64,000 nt of DNA from Acanthaster planci (taxonomy: Eukaryota): contig NW_019091360.1 of the NCBI RefSeq assembly GCF_001949145.1, positions 124,001 to 188,000 on the forward strand, written 5' to 3'. Positions 1 to 13,344 of this stretch are shown here, piece after piece. The number at the start of each line of letters is the position of its first letter. Within the stretch, counting starts at the first letter, position 1. Both the position numbers and the translations under genes were made by a program. Under the pieces are notes generated by a model. That model had not been told where the DNA came from and ran no database searches. It worked only from the letters and a program-made list of their open reading frames with translations.

Positions 1-76
1 TGACATACTTTCTTGAAAATGCCGAACAGCCTGCAGTTGTTTTAACAACTGTCAAACCTCTAGTTAAGTTAAAATT

Positions 77-1472
77 GTGATGCCACGCCCCTTTGGAGGT
101 TGAGCAAGATTCCAGTGAGGGCACCCTCCTCCTCAGAGCGCGGCGTGGACGGCACGTACTGGCAAGTCCCTGAGCGGCTAGGGACGAGTCCGCTGGGATG
201 GAAGTATACTGTCCCAGTTGAAGAGATGATCCTTCAGATTTGGCTGGATGGCAGTTTGCTGTTATCTGATTGACTTAGTGGTTTAGCGGGAACTCAAAGT
301 GACATAAATAAACGGTCTAGGACGACTATTCACTCTACAGTAGAAAACATAACAATAGAGGGTGCTCCTTTAAATGAGACAACTTTACCTCAACTTCACT
401 CGCCTGATAAGAAAAACCACCTCACGAGGGAACAGGTCGACAGTAACTAACAGAGGGTGCTTTCTCAATCGTAGCTTGTGGGTGAGGACAGAAATATATA
501 TAGCGTACTTCCCTCCCACAATGCACAATCTGTAAGGGGGCATATGATATCCAGGGCCAAAACCAATCTAGGGATGTCGCTCCATTCAACTAATACTAAG
601 TGGGTTCTAGCAACACACCTTTACTTCTCCCGCATTGCACACACCACGTTACGGCCCTTCCAACCTCCAAGCCCACTCGTGGCCAAGCCTTCAAGAGAGC
701 GACACACTAAGACACCACGTTTATTGTAAAGACTGCAATGCACCAGCGCAACAACCAAACATACAGGTAGCAGGGGTTCACTCAGGCTGCAAATGAGACA
801 TTTGCTAGGGACGCTGCCCCTGCAAGAGTTACGGCAGATAGCCCCTACTTCGACTGATCGCAGACCTAAAGGCCCCTCAGAGGGTCCTAACGTCTCCATG
901 CAACCCACTGTGACACTTACCACCCCTAAAATACAGGGAGTAGTGCTTACCATGAACCAGTAGTCCAGGCCAGTGCTCAGAACCTAGCGGGCAAGGTTTG
1001 TCTCCCCTTTCACGCTGGGGCCGAGTGGCTTTTATAGCCTCACCACAGCCTCACGCTTGCGCAGTACCTGCCACGTTCATGGAGCAGTGACCAGCCCCGT
1101 CCATCGAATCAGTGCACGAGTGGCAGGGAACACATTTTACCCCATAATGAGTAAAATCTATTAGATTTGATGCGACCTGCTGAGAAGGCCAAAATACGGT
1201 TCAATCAAGCGTGCATGATTTCAGTGCACAGAACATGTCTCCATGCAGATGGATTTCTAGATGAATCCTAGAATGGGCCAATACGGGATAAACATTACTT
1301 GCACACCATGTGCAAATGGCCAGCTACGGCGTCTGCTGCTAAACTATGCAGATGTGAAATTAGCACTCCTAGAAGCAGTGCCAAAATCTAGCGCTAACCA
1401 ATCAGAGTATTGATTCGTGGTAGCATACAAAAAGAGCCAGGGCCAGTCCTAGGAAAGCCACTTGTTGTCACG
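77..1472 (-). mobile_element. Possible solo LTR (LTR retrotransposon)
   Basis: Bounded by TGTGA (77) and TGTCACG (~1472), an imperfect TG..CA pair. On the minus strand TATAAAA (~1030) precedes AATAAA (~720), the U3-R-U5 order. No TSD found. Confidence 0.35.
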
Positions 1473-1575
1473 GCTCCATACATTAAATATCAATGTTCGC
1501 TTAAATTTTTCCTGTTTTGTGAGTAGTAATTGAGGATTCTCTGTGACGGTCCTGAGTTGTTAAACAAAGGAGGAA

Positions 1576-2650
1576 ATGCCACGTGGTAGGCCAAGGCGCA
1601 CTCAGGCAGCAACACAGCCTAAGCGGGACCACAGCCGCGCTCACTAAAAACATGTGCGCCACGCTGGAGCACTTGGCATATCAGGAGGGACAGCGCCATG
1701 ATGTTCCAGGAGGAAGCCAAGGTGGGACAAGTGCCAGTGAGACATCACGTCAGGAAGCAATGGCAGCCCAGCCCCTACAGTTCAGGGTGCCGAGTCAACC
1801 ACCGGCAACAATGGCACTCCCCGCACTAGTTGGGTTACCAAGTCAGGCTGCAAATGTACATGTAGTCCTGCACATGCCAGTAGTCATAATGCATCAGACT
1901 ACAGATACAGTGCAACGTGCACCGGTGGGAACGACGAGTCGGCATGGAATTCCCAGCCAGCATGTGAATGCAGTCCAGTGCACACCAATGAGGATGCCCA
2001 GTCAGCTTGCCAACATGGTCCAGCTCTCACTTGAGACGAGAGTATGGAGTCAGCCCGCACATTCTGAAGCATTTTTCAGACCGAGATGACGACGACATTT
2101 TCGGCCGCACCCGGTAGTGGAGGTGCCTGGACTGATAAATTGTACTTCGGCTGTTACATACATACTACAGGAACCAGCCTGAGGCAGTCGTCTCAATGCG
2201 CTATTCTTAAGTACATTTAGTACAGATGATACAACAGGGGGGACAGTCCTTCCCTGTAGTCCTGTCATTACTTCTCTATCATTTATGACAGCTTACAGTT
2301 AACCCTGGGTTGGAGAAGCGCACAGGGTCCCATTATACACTGAGAGCAGTAGTTTGCCTATTCATTCAGCAGTGCCGGCTCCCCAAATATACACCGCTGC
2401 ACTCGAGACACAATCGCCCCATACTTGGGGCATAGGGAGCAGCGCAGCAAATTCAATGGGCAGTAGTGCAAGTACTAGCTCACTTAGATTAAGAGAGAAT
2501 GCTGGGCTTTCAGTTGGTCCTATTCCACAAACCCTATCCCACGCATTGAGTCCACTTCCTTGCTTGGGGGAAATGTTTCCCAAGCAATAAACGAGAAGAT
2601 TTGACGTCATGAGTATGTTGACATGTCAATTTTCTTCGTGAAAAGTGCAC
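1576..2650 (+). mobile_element. Ngaro-type (YR retrotransposon) gag/ORF1 5' remnant, frameshifted
   Basis: Begins MPRGRPRRTQAA and has a low-complexity PSQ-rich middle. Near 2563-2635 it reads LGGNVSQAINEKI*RHEYVDMS, resembling the Ngaro gag LG.hV...KEKIW..EYVD motif. Confidence 0.6.
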
Positions 2651-2659
2651 CAGAAGTAG

Positions 2660-5600
2660 TTGTGTAGTCTCACAAACCCACTGACCTCCTCTGCAGATGC
2701 TAAAGATAAGTTTTACGATGACCTCATCTCTGTTCTTTGTGACACACCCCAGCAACAGCTGGCTTTTCTTCTTTTGGATTTCATTGCCAGAGTCAGTGCC
2801 GACAGCAGCTCTTGGCCAACCTGCTTAGGCCAGTTTGGAGTTGGGAAAATGAACAACAATAGGCAGCGCCTCCTCGACTGTGACACCAACCACTCCCTTG
2901 TGGTCTCTAAAGTGAAATTTTAGCCCTGGAAAATCCACAGGGCAAAGAAAGAGGGTAGACCACGCACAGACATCAGCAGGACTCTTGATCCCAACAAGGT
3001 AGAACAGTTTGTTTGGGTACTGAAAAATGCCTGTCATGGGCTATGCTGTGATAGGGCCAGTGAGAGATGGTCACTTCTCAGGGACACCATCTACAATGCT
3101 GCAATGTCCACTTTTGGCAACAGGCAAAACAAGTCAGCTTACTGGTTTGAGGCAAATGCCGAAGAACTGCTACCTCTCACAAAGGAAAAGTGACAAACCC
3201 TCTCAGCTTACAAGAAGCTGCCATCAGAGAGGAATTCGCAGCCCCTCCGTACTGCCTATGGTCGAGTTCAGCAGGCCCCAAGGCACCATGCCAATGATTT
3301 CTGGCTACAGCTCTGCTCCAGCATACAGACAGCAGCTAATTTCAGCAACACAAGGGGCATGTACGACGGGATCAAGAAGGCAATCGGTCCGACGCAGAGC
3401 AAGAAAGCTCCTTTAAAGTTGGCCACAGGAGAGATCATCAATGACCGTGATCAGCAGATGAACTGCTGGGTGGAGCATTATTCGGATCTATATTCCCGAC
3501 AGAACTTGGTCAGTGCAGATGCTCTGGATGCAATTGGTTGCCTGCCCACAATGGAAGAGCTGGACATCGAGCCAACAGTTGAAGGGTTGGAGTAAACACT
3601 GGATGCCCTCCCCTGGGAAGGCCCCAGAAGGTGACGGCATCCCACCCAAAGTTCTCAAGTACGGCAAGAGGACACTCATCAAAGAGCTCTTTGAACTCAT
3701 GTGCCAGTGCTGGAGGGAGGGCTCAGTGCCCCAAAATATGAGAGATGCAAACATCATCAATCTCTACAAAAACAAGGGGGACCATAGCGATTGCAACAAC
3801 TATCACAGGTATTTCACTCCTCAGCCTTGTCGGCCTACTCTTTGCTGGAGACATATTGGCCAGGATTCAGATCCTTACTGAAAGAATTTACCCAGAATCA
3901 CAGAGTGGGTTCAGAGCTGAGAGGTCAACCACTGACATGGTGTTTTCCCTGATACAAGTCCAAGAGAAGTTCAGGGAACAGAGAAAGGTCTTGTACATCA
4001 CCTTCATTAATCTTACAAAGGCCTTTGACGTCGTCAGCAGTGATGGACTCTTCAAGATATTGGCATTGGCTGCCCTCCTACCCTGCTCAGTCTGATGAGA
4101 TCTTTTCACGAGGGCATGCAGGGCATCGTTACGTATGAGGGTACAACTTGCGAGCCATTTAATATCAGCAGAGTTAAGCAGGGCTGTGTCCTTGCTCCCA
4201 CTTTGTTCGGAATCTTCTTTCCTGTCTTGCTCAAGCATGCCTTTGGAACAGCCAAAGAGAGCATCTATCTCCACACAGGACGTGATTGAAACCTCTTCAG
4301 TCTGTTCAGCCTTTGAGCCAAGACGAAAGTGCAGATCAGACTCCTCAGGGATTTCCTTTTTGCCGATGATGTAGCAATAACAACGCATACAGCAGAAGAC
4401 CTGCAGCAGCTCCTAAACCAATTTTCTGCTGCCTGCAATGCCTTTGGCCTGACAATCAGCCTAAAGAAGACTCAGGTAATGGGACAGTATGTGGATGAGC
4501 CACCCCCTGTAAGCATCACAGAGGACGAGTTAGAAGCAGTCCATAAGTTCTTGTACCTGGCCTCCACCATCTCCAACACACTCTCCCTTGACATCGAGCT
4601 CAATGGGCAAAGCAAGTTTAGAAGAACGGGGAGCTTACAGAGCACACCAAAGCACAGGTCTACATGGCATGCACTGTGAGCCCGCTCCTCTGTGGCAGTG
4701 AAACATGGACTTTGTGCTCTCGCCAGGAGAAACAGCCCAGTGCCTTCCACATGCGATACCTAAGGTGCATCTTCGGCATCTTGTGGAAAGACCATCTTAC
4801 CAATAGCATGGTGCTCAAAAGAGCACAGATCTCTTCAATTTCACCTTCCTGAGGCAGAGGCATATGCACTGGTTGGGACACATCATGCGCGTGGAAGATG
4901 GTCGCATTCCAAAAGACCTCCTCTATGGAGAAATGGCGTCAGGGGCGAGGCCAATTGGTAGACCCCAACTGCATTTCAAGGACATCTGTAAATGTAGTAG
5001 AGCTAGAACGTTGTTACAGTTTTTGTAAGCGTCTTTTCATAGGAGTAGTTCCCCTCTAAAAATACAGTTTTTGTTTAGAGTTCCCCTAAATTTTTCTGTC
5101 AGTGTATTCCCCTGTTTATTTACTTTGGCCCTCGCTTCTACCCATATAACTTGACCCCATGTTCTGGCCAGACATAGTTTTGAAGAGCAGACCAGCAGAG
5201 ACACTATCACTGCTCATTTGTTCCTCCTAACTGGAATGTGCGTTTCTGCTTGAGTCAGGTTTCTGTCTGCGTCTACATGTTCGAGTCAATGATCGAAAGC
5301 CAAACTCTCCTTATTAGCACCATTTTACATACTGTGTTGGTTTTTGGTTTTGGTTTTTTAGTTTGTTTGGTCTTTAGTCCTATCAAAGTTTCTTTGAGTC
5401 CTTCAGTCCTTTTGGTTTTGGCACTTTTTCCAGTACTTTCTGATTAATAAATTATTATTTGTCTTTTTTTTAAGTCAACTATTTGTGTCTGAGTCCTTAT
5501 TAATTCAGTTTCCTGTGACTTTTCCCTCAAAGATCCTTGGTTCAGTTAGAGTTTTTGTTGTTTTGCGAGTTCCCCATAGTGTGCCATTTTTCCCTTATAC

Positions 5601-5911
5601 ATAAAAATGACCTCAAAAAGTGCATACCATCAACACCAACACCTGTGAGGTAGTAGCCGCTGACAGAGGTACTTGGAAGTGCACATTGAAGAAGGGATTC
5701 AAGTAGTTTGAGGGCAATCTGAGGGCGGCAGAGAAAAGATCCAAGACAAGGATCAAGCACCAACTGACAGACCCACCTCAGTTTTCATCTGTGCTCGCTG
5801 AGGCTGGGACTGTCATTCTCACATTGGACTTTTCAGCCACAGCAGACGCTGCTCCCGGATGGACATCCAGGGCAGAACCCTCATAATCCCCTGGGATTGA
5901 CGGATGCCTAC
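2660..5911 (+). mobile_element. 5'-truncated, decayed RTE-clade LINE (APE endonuclease C-terminus, RT, C-terminal C2H2-like finger)
   Basis: KDKFYDDL (endonuclease); LYKNKGDHSDCNNY, PESQSGFRAERSTTDMVF, KAFD, VKQGCVLAPTLF, FLFADD (RT); WLGHIMRVEDGRIPKDLLYGE; terminal FICAR*GWDCHSHIGLFSHSRRC. Many stops and frameshifts. Interrupted by an LTR at 4993-5601. Confidence 0.93.
4993..5601 (+). mobile_element. Solo LTR (609 bp, Gypsy-like) inserted in the RTE ORF
   Basis: Ends TGTA...TACA. 4-bp TSD TAAA at 4989-4992 and 5602-5605. Removing the LTR and one TSD restores the RTE frame (F-K-D-I-C-K-N-D-L-K-K). Internal AATAAA near 5446. Confidence 0.88.
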
Positions 5912-5914
5912 TGC

Positions 5915-6165
5915 AGTCCCTGTTTCGAAGCAGGAATGGGACTCTTCTGGAACACTCAAAATTTTTCATGGATGCAGCAGCCTCCATCAGTTTTGGGGTG
6001 TATTTTGAGGGGAAATGGCTGCAAGGCCACTGGCAGCAAGGGGAGACACTCCCTCTCTCCTTTGCTCTCCTAGAATTGTACCCTGTGGTGGTTACTGTTA
6101 TGGCTTTGAGTCCCCTCTTAGCTAATCACAAAGTGAAGTTTCAGTCAGATAAGGCGGCATTGCAA
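5915..6165 (+). mobile_element. Ngaro/DIRS-type RNase H fragment
   Basis: MDAAASISFGVYFEGKWLQGHW...LLELYPVVV...LANHKVKFQSDKAA, homologous to the RNase H at 14460-14900. Confidence 0.85.
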
Positions 6166-6394
6166 AATTGACCAACCGTTCTGCGCCCCGGACATCCTGC
6201 GGGATCACGGAGAGCACGCCAGTCCCTGCAAAACAAAAGACTCCTTGACAACCGGGTGCGCCTATGGACTGAATGCGATATGCAAGGCTTATGTAAATTA
6301 CCAGTCTCATGAATACGCCAAATATTCCCCGGATTCCAGGCTACTTCAGCCTACAATTGACCATGAAAGGAATGGCTTAAATTTGTACCAAAGA

Positions 6395-6690
6395 CAAATA
6401 ACAGCAGTGATGTATTTCTCACAAACAAAATCCATTGATCCTTGATCGTTAGCAAAGTTACATGCTAGTACAAGTATACAAAATTTCTTGTTCAAGCTGC
6501 CACTAGATTGCCTTAGAGAAGTTGTCCAAAATCAATCAGCGAGCATGTCCCACCAAGAAGACCATCAGTTTTCCTGAGCACAAAACACGCGCACAGAATT
6601 CAATCTCTGCTTTGTGAAGTTTGTTTCACCATTGTTACTGACATTTCAAAACATGATTTATTGTATGAACATCTGAATTAGTATGTTTAC
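6395..6690 (+). repeat. Dispersed repeat; diverged inverted copy at 19920-20235
   Basis: For example TGATCCTTGATCGTTAGCAAAGTTACATG matches the reverse complement of CATGTAACTTTGCCAACAATCAAGGATCA (~20155). Collinear over about 300 bp. Confidence 0.8.
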
Positions 6691-6838
6691 GGTTTAACCA
6701 CTTCGTGCTGGGGCATTTTTCAACGTTGATGATGCTGGGCCGGCATGACTATCATTTTTTCCGTTTTCAAAATCCTTCAACAATTCATCATTCCATTTGA
6801 CAGTCATTTATAGCCGCACGGAGTAATCTTTAGGCACT

Positions 6839-7117
6839 NNNNNNNNNNNNNNNNNNNNNNNNNNNNNNNNNNNNNNNNNNNNNNNNNNNNNNNNNNNNNN
6901 NNNNNNNNNNNNNNNNNNNNNNNNNNNNNNNNNNNNNNNNNNNNNNNNNNNNNNNNNNNNNNNNNNNNNNNNNNNNNNNNNNNNNNNNNNNNNNNNNNNN
7001 NNNNNNNNNNNNNNNNNNNNNNNNNNNNNNNNNNNNNNNNNNNNNNNNNNNNNNNNNNNNNNNNNNNNNNNNNNNNNNNNNNNNNNNNNNNNNNNNNNNN
7101 NNNNNNNNNNNNNNNNN
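6839..7117. other. Assembly gap (N run)
   Basis: Run of N. Confidence 1.
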
Positions 7118-9954
7118 GTCGGAGATCCCGGCCACACATATAAACCATACGGCTCCGATTTCGGAGTCCCCGGCTGGTAGTGGTTAAGTTTTTGTTCAAA
7201 TTTGAATGTTTTTGTAGTTTTGTTCTTTTGCTATAAAACAATGCCATCTTACATTAAACAGCCGTTAAGTTGGGACTTTCCTGTGAGCACGTAATCTCTG
7301 CTTTTTCAGATTGTCTGCTCCCTGTCCAAAAATTGCATTGACATACACATAAAAACCCAAGATATACTAGATTTTAGATAACAATTGATTTGGCTCCGGA
7401 CTATGTAGACCTGTCTTACGTTTCTCTCTTCTCCAATCACATCAACAATGTACATCCATGGAGTAATTTTGTCCTACATGTACACTGTATGTAAGATTTT
7501 CATCGGAGTGGCAGCATGACTATACTGGCATATGTTTTTTCCTATGACAATCAGGCTTACTTGCCTGCCCAGTACGCCACTGTCCACAAGAAAAAGTTTA
7601 TTTGCTTCTGTAGCTTTTTTTGGTTTTAATATCATTGTGTGTTGTGGCAAAGTCGTCACCCTTGTGGGCCCTAAAACTGAAAACTACCTGTACTTATTTC
7701 ATAAGTGCCAAGATCCTGTTATACTATTGTAAGTTTTGAGGGGAGCACCATGAAATTTCCTTTTTAGTAGGATAAGGGTAAATATATTAACATCGGCTTA
7801 CACCACTGTTTAATGTTACAGTTTACTGTAAAACCATAACTTTTTCTACACTCATTACGCAATAAACCATAATCTTCAAAGAAAGTGTTTTGATTCATTC
7901 AAGCACGGACATTGCTCACTAGTAGTTCATAACAATTATGATCAGCAAATCATGGAGTCATGACGCAACTCCTTTTGACGAAATCCTCTTTAGAGCTCGG
8001 GAATTCCAACAAGGGAAGGAGATAATTGTTGGATAAGCGTTCAGAATTTTGAAAAATATTCAGACCACGTCATTTGAAGTTGACAGGAAATCTTACGATT
8101 TAAATATAACAGACACAAGGATTCTGCCTCTCAACAAAGAGGAGGTAGAAATTACCCAGTGCTTCAAGCGCCAAGGTTTGGTTCGCAGTTAAGTTAGACA
8201 TGTACACACATGTAGGTAGGCACATGTGCATGTACATGCACGTGGCAAAGGGACGATTTTCCGTTGGCATTTTTTCGCAAAGATAATGGCATTTTGTTAT
8301 TTGAGATTTTGGAAAAACTACTAGGAATCTTGAAAATTCTATCACAATGTAAACATACAACAACTCGACCAAATAAAAAACAAGTTTATTGGCCACCTTG
8401 CTCTCCAAATCTGGTTGCAGCTTGCAAACTGTCTTTGCTCCTGGGTTGCCTTAAGATCGAGCACAAGTCCAACTAAGATCAATTCAAAATTTTTATTTAA
8501 CACCGAAAATGTGCAAACTGTGAATAATGCCATATTATTAGTTTATTACTCATGTTCAAGTGTTTTACTTTTAAAATGTTACTTGTGGGTTTTATTGTGA
8601 TGCTCTTGTGAACATGTGTTATGGACTGAGTCCAATAATAATAAGTTATCATTAATAATGTAAATGGTGGAACAACTTGCAAAAGAAAGTTGCAAATCAC
8701 ATCCAAATTTATATAAATTTTCGTGGAAATCCCAAAACACAAGCCTGTCTTGTCATTGATCTGCAGAATTTACAGATGTATCACTTTCATAGATTTTACA
8801 AACTAATAATACAATTTAATTTAAGTGATATTTGGTTCCTACCTTCAAAACCTCATGGTTTCTATGCTGGAAAAAAGTTGGCAAGTTTGCCTACATGACT
8901 TTCACTTGACACCAAAATAAAAAAATAGTCTTTTCTAGCTTCACAAAAGAACCTCTTAATCACTTTTTTTGCACCAAAACGTTTGAATGTATATGTTTCA
9001 CTACTTACATTTGTAATTTTGGACAGAAATTTCCATTATTTTCATAAGTTCCCTTCGTGTTTTGTTACTGCGGTGGTGGAAACACATGTGTAATAATACT
9101 CAATGCAATGAAGCAATACTGTACTGGTTCGCGCCATGCGGCGCCATTGTCAAAGAAGGAACGATGAAAGTGTGGCAACCAGTCGATGCATCATGTAGCT
9201 CCACAGCTACAGTATATGTCGAAGAAAAGAAGTTGATGTTGGAGAGAAGATTTCTTCAAGTTAATATGCAGAATTTAATCTCTTGTCTATGTGTATCTTT
9301 TCTTTGTTCATGAATTTAATACAAGGTTGTATTGCTTGTACTTCAAGCGAGCAGGTTTCGCGTGCCCTTCTCGATGTATCATGCACGCATACCAATTGTT
9401 AGCGAGTTTCCTGTCACGTGATTACCTGACTAGTTTGGTGCGTAGTGGTGTGAATTCTTAATAACTCTTAAGAACTGTCAACTGTAGATATTTTTATACT
9501 AACTATTGCCAGTTTTTATCGCTTTTTGTGGCAATTTTGGTAGCTTTCGTGCTCATTCAATCAACACAAAAACTGTGCTCATCATTTTTTGTCTGACCTA
9601 CGGACCCTATTTTTGAGAGGCATGTAATCAGAAGCAGAGCTATTTTTTTTTCTTTGCCCATGGAATTTTGAGGGCCATGATAGATTTTCATTTGTACTTC
9701 ATACAGATTCCATCAGTGCACATGTAGATATGTTACGTACGAGTATGAGCATGCCATGGTATGACCATATGGTACAATGCATACCATCAACTAGCATTGG
9801 GCGTTGGGCAACATGATAACGTTGAGTCTGTACATGTACATGTATGTTTCAGGTTTCAGGTTTATTTCCATACCAAATACAAGTTAAATGAGTAGTTAAT
9901 GCCTCTTCAAGAACAGAGCATAAAGCTTTTCCGCATTTCGAATGTTTTTTATGA

Positions 9955-10235
9955 AAATGAGAATAGGGCTTTAAAGAAGCCTCTCCAGCTATCTGCAAAG
10001 TTTCAGTTCAATCGCACATAACCATGGACTCCGGAAGATATAGGGCTTTAAACATTGCACCATTAATGTCACATGAATTGTCACTTGATGAGGTCAATTT
10101 TTGTCTATAACCATTCCCTTTCCAGATTCCCTTCCCTTTCCTTTATATCTGCAAAGTTTCAACCTGATGGGACATGTACTTCGAGAGATACATGTATAGG
10201 GCTTTAAATAATGCACCTTTAATGTCACTGTCACC
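9955..10235 (+). repeat. Degenerate repeated motif (GCAAAGTTTCA..GGACATG..GAGATA..GCTTTAAA); related copies at 23880-24575
   Basis: Two to three local copies here and three related copies at about 23882, 24390 and 24520. Confidence 0.6.
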
Positions 10236-12784
10236 ACCAGACTCAATTTTTAACAATTTCCAAATGTGGCTGGTGATCTACCTCGGTGGTGAGCCCGGTT
10301 CAAGTAAATGAATTTAGAGAGAAACCAAAATAAAAGAACCAAGTACAAAATCTGTACAAATGCAAATCGGGCATTGCAAGAAGTGTTAATTCCCCGGCCC
10401 TTGCACCTACTGTGTTGTGAAGTAATGCCATGAGAGGAGGCTGGGCGGCATCTCTGTTTAGGACAGTGAAGTAAACAAATAACTAAGAGGGACCAGAATT
10501 TGTAAGTCGTGTGGGAGGTTTGAATTGTCAGCCTCTACGATTTGATGATTGTTGAATGTTTGGAGGAAGCGACTCTCAGAATCTCAAGATGTGGATGGTG
10601 TCGTCTGTTTCTCTTCCATTTCCAGGTTATCCATGAATTGGCCGGCAGAGAGGTTTATACTGCAGAGTGGAAGATCTTGAAGTCTGGACTTGATGCCCTC
10701 ATAAGGAATATTCAGTGCCTCCAGAGTGTTTGATCTTTGGTTGTGGTCACTAGGCTGCTGCGCCACGTCTGTTGATGGAGCAGCCACATGCTGTCCATGC
10801 CCACATAAAGTTTGTTCACTGAGCTTGGCTAGTCCGTTCACACACACTACACAACTTGATAGTTATGAGGGACCACCAATACCTTGTCTCCTTTCTCGAT
10901 GGTAGTGTCGACTAGTTGCAGTAATCATGCAGCCACAACTAGTCGAGTCGTGTGGGCCCGAGGCCAGTACGTCACAACTATACTAGTTCGCTCCGGACAT
11001 GATTGCACAGAACACAGCGCAAACATGATTCCTTCTTGCTTGAAGATATTATTATTCATGAGCGGGGCCATGCATCTGTGCTTTTAAGCGTCGGAATTGT
11101 TGCATTTGTATGCATGTCTGGGCAGTAAAAAAAGGATCTGTGGTGAATGTGCACACCGTGATAGAGTCTTCTTTGTCACAAATGTTATTTTACAAATCAC
11201 TATTTAATTAATTTTTGTGATGTGTGATTCAAAATTTCCCTGCAATTTCACTGTCATTGAAAGGCTGATTTGTAAACTGTACAGTGCCCTGTTGAATTCA
11301 TTGACCAAATAGGGATCCTTTGTTGTTTCTGTATTTAATTTGCATAAACGTTTGTGAAATAAAAAAGATTTGTATGCATATAGTAATAATTACTTTCAGT
11401 GGAAAGTGATTTAAAAATATATTATTCATTATAAGCGTTCCCAAAGACAGGGTTTCACCCCTCCACTTGAAGAAAATGGAAGTGTCCAAGTCACGTGAAC
11501 ATAACTGATCATCCAGGATGCACCTCGCCCGTCTACATGCATCATGCATGATTGTAAACTCATTAGCATTCAGGTGAACTATTCACCACGAAAGTGTCGG
11601 TAATGTTGTATGCATTGGGGTAAGATAAATCCCTCTTCTGCATGAAACTAGTCTGCCATAACGTGAAGGAATAATTCCTTTTATATGAAATTTCTAGCAG
11701 TTTAATTTTGATCCTGCTACCAAGAACACAGAAGTGGTTTGTAATTTTGGATGTACTTTCTCAAGTGATAAAACTTGCGTTGATCATTTGTAAAAATATA
11801 TCTGAAGCCGTTGATTCTCAAAATTATACACAAAACTGAAGTCGCAATGGCATGTATAGCTCAGAATTAGCATGGCAGGACTGTGCATGAGTCAGGTCTG
11901 CAGGGGCAACGAACCACAACACCACATGGACATAAAATTTCTTGAAAATTCATTTCTCTACATGATTTTCAAGATGCATTTTTTTTCTCTACATGAGTGT
12001 ATAGTCTCTTATGAGAGCAGTGCAAACTTGAAATAAAGACATTAAAACATTGAACACATACACAGAAAATCATGTTCGTGGATCAAATCTGTCGCTAATT
12101 CCCTTCTCCATCAATGTTTATTTGACATGTTTACGAACATCAGACTTGACAACTGACGGGAGCCCACAGCCTGATTCAGCACGCATGCACACAGCCCAGC
12201 CATAAACAGGTCCCTGTCCCTCACTGTTGCAATTGTAGCACTGTGTCATGGGTCAGGCACCAGTCGGACATAAGCACTGTGTGCTTTTCACCTCTACAAA
12301 GTTGTTGATCGCATTGTGGAATGATTAAGGTTTCCTTCCAAAAAGTGGTAGTAAGAAAGCAGAGAAGCAAGAAGGAATATCACAAGTGTTTCTGACGAAA
12401 GTTTTTATCTTAAAAAAGCCTCATATTTCGTTCACAAAACCTTAAAAGTCCAACCATCCAAAAGGAAACAGTGAAACATACAGCGTGACATCATCCAAAA
12501 TTAACCAAAATTATGTTATGCAACTGCAGACATGGTTTTTTAACCCCTTTTACGGATTCATGGTAAAAGGTTTCATTCTCAGCGAAGGGGTATTTGATCA
12601 GAACCTGTGCAGTTGTTGAGTGATGTGTGCGACAAAATTTGTCAGGGGTATTTGTCGATTTTTCGCTATTATATAATGATGCTGCTACAGCTGTCATTGC
12701 AAAGTCCAATGAACAGCAAGCCACAAATTTGACTTTGGCAGTAGAAGGGGGCAATGTAGTCTTTAAAAAGCCGGGAGTACACCC

Positions 12785-13330
12785 GGAAAGATAGCAATGT
12801 TTGAAATGTGGCAGTCGGCATTTAATGTATTCATGTCAATTTACATCTCCAAGCACCTGTCCCGTTGTTTGGAGCTTCTTAAGTAAGCAGAACTCATTCG
12901 CGCTGCATCCATTCAATTGCCGGGGCTTGGCTGGCGAGCTTATGACGAGCAATTCCAGCTGAGGCAGGAGGCCAACCCTGTGCGTTCTTGGAAGAAAATT
13001 GATTTTGAACAGTTGCACCAGCGAGAGGTGTCTTGAATAATCCACATATTGCCCAAAACATATCCGACCTGGCCACTGCTTTGCCTACAATTTCCCTAAC
13101 TGTCAAATTTGCGCACACTTGCCAGAAATGCATGCAGGCTGGCCATGGGGCCACCCGTTGCCGATCAGCGGGCCAAATGCATTGGACGACGAGTCCCAAT
13201 GCAAACTTATCTCGTACGTCCTCTGCACGGAGCCCCCATGCTAATGATGCATCCACTACTAAAGCCGGCTCGTAGGTATTGTCGCGTCCTATGCCATTGA
13301 GTTCTAATCCTAAGCCCAGCAAACCAGGCC
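12785..13330 (+). pseudogene. Ngaro gag C-terminal half with CCCH-type zinc knuckle
   Basis: WQSAFNVFMSIY...IRAAS...GWRAYDEQFQLRQEANPVRSWKKID, then a CFAYN..C..AHTCQKC..GHGATRC-like segment across a frameshift. Confidence 0.8.
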
Positions 13331-13344
13331 CATTCCTTTTGTTC

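Noticed and set aside
6804..7247. ORFs spanning the N run
   Set aside because: Gap artefacts.
10266..11130. Possible retroelement coding fragment on the minus strand
   Set aside because: No recognisable domain motif in any frame.
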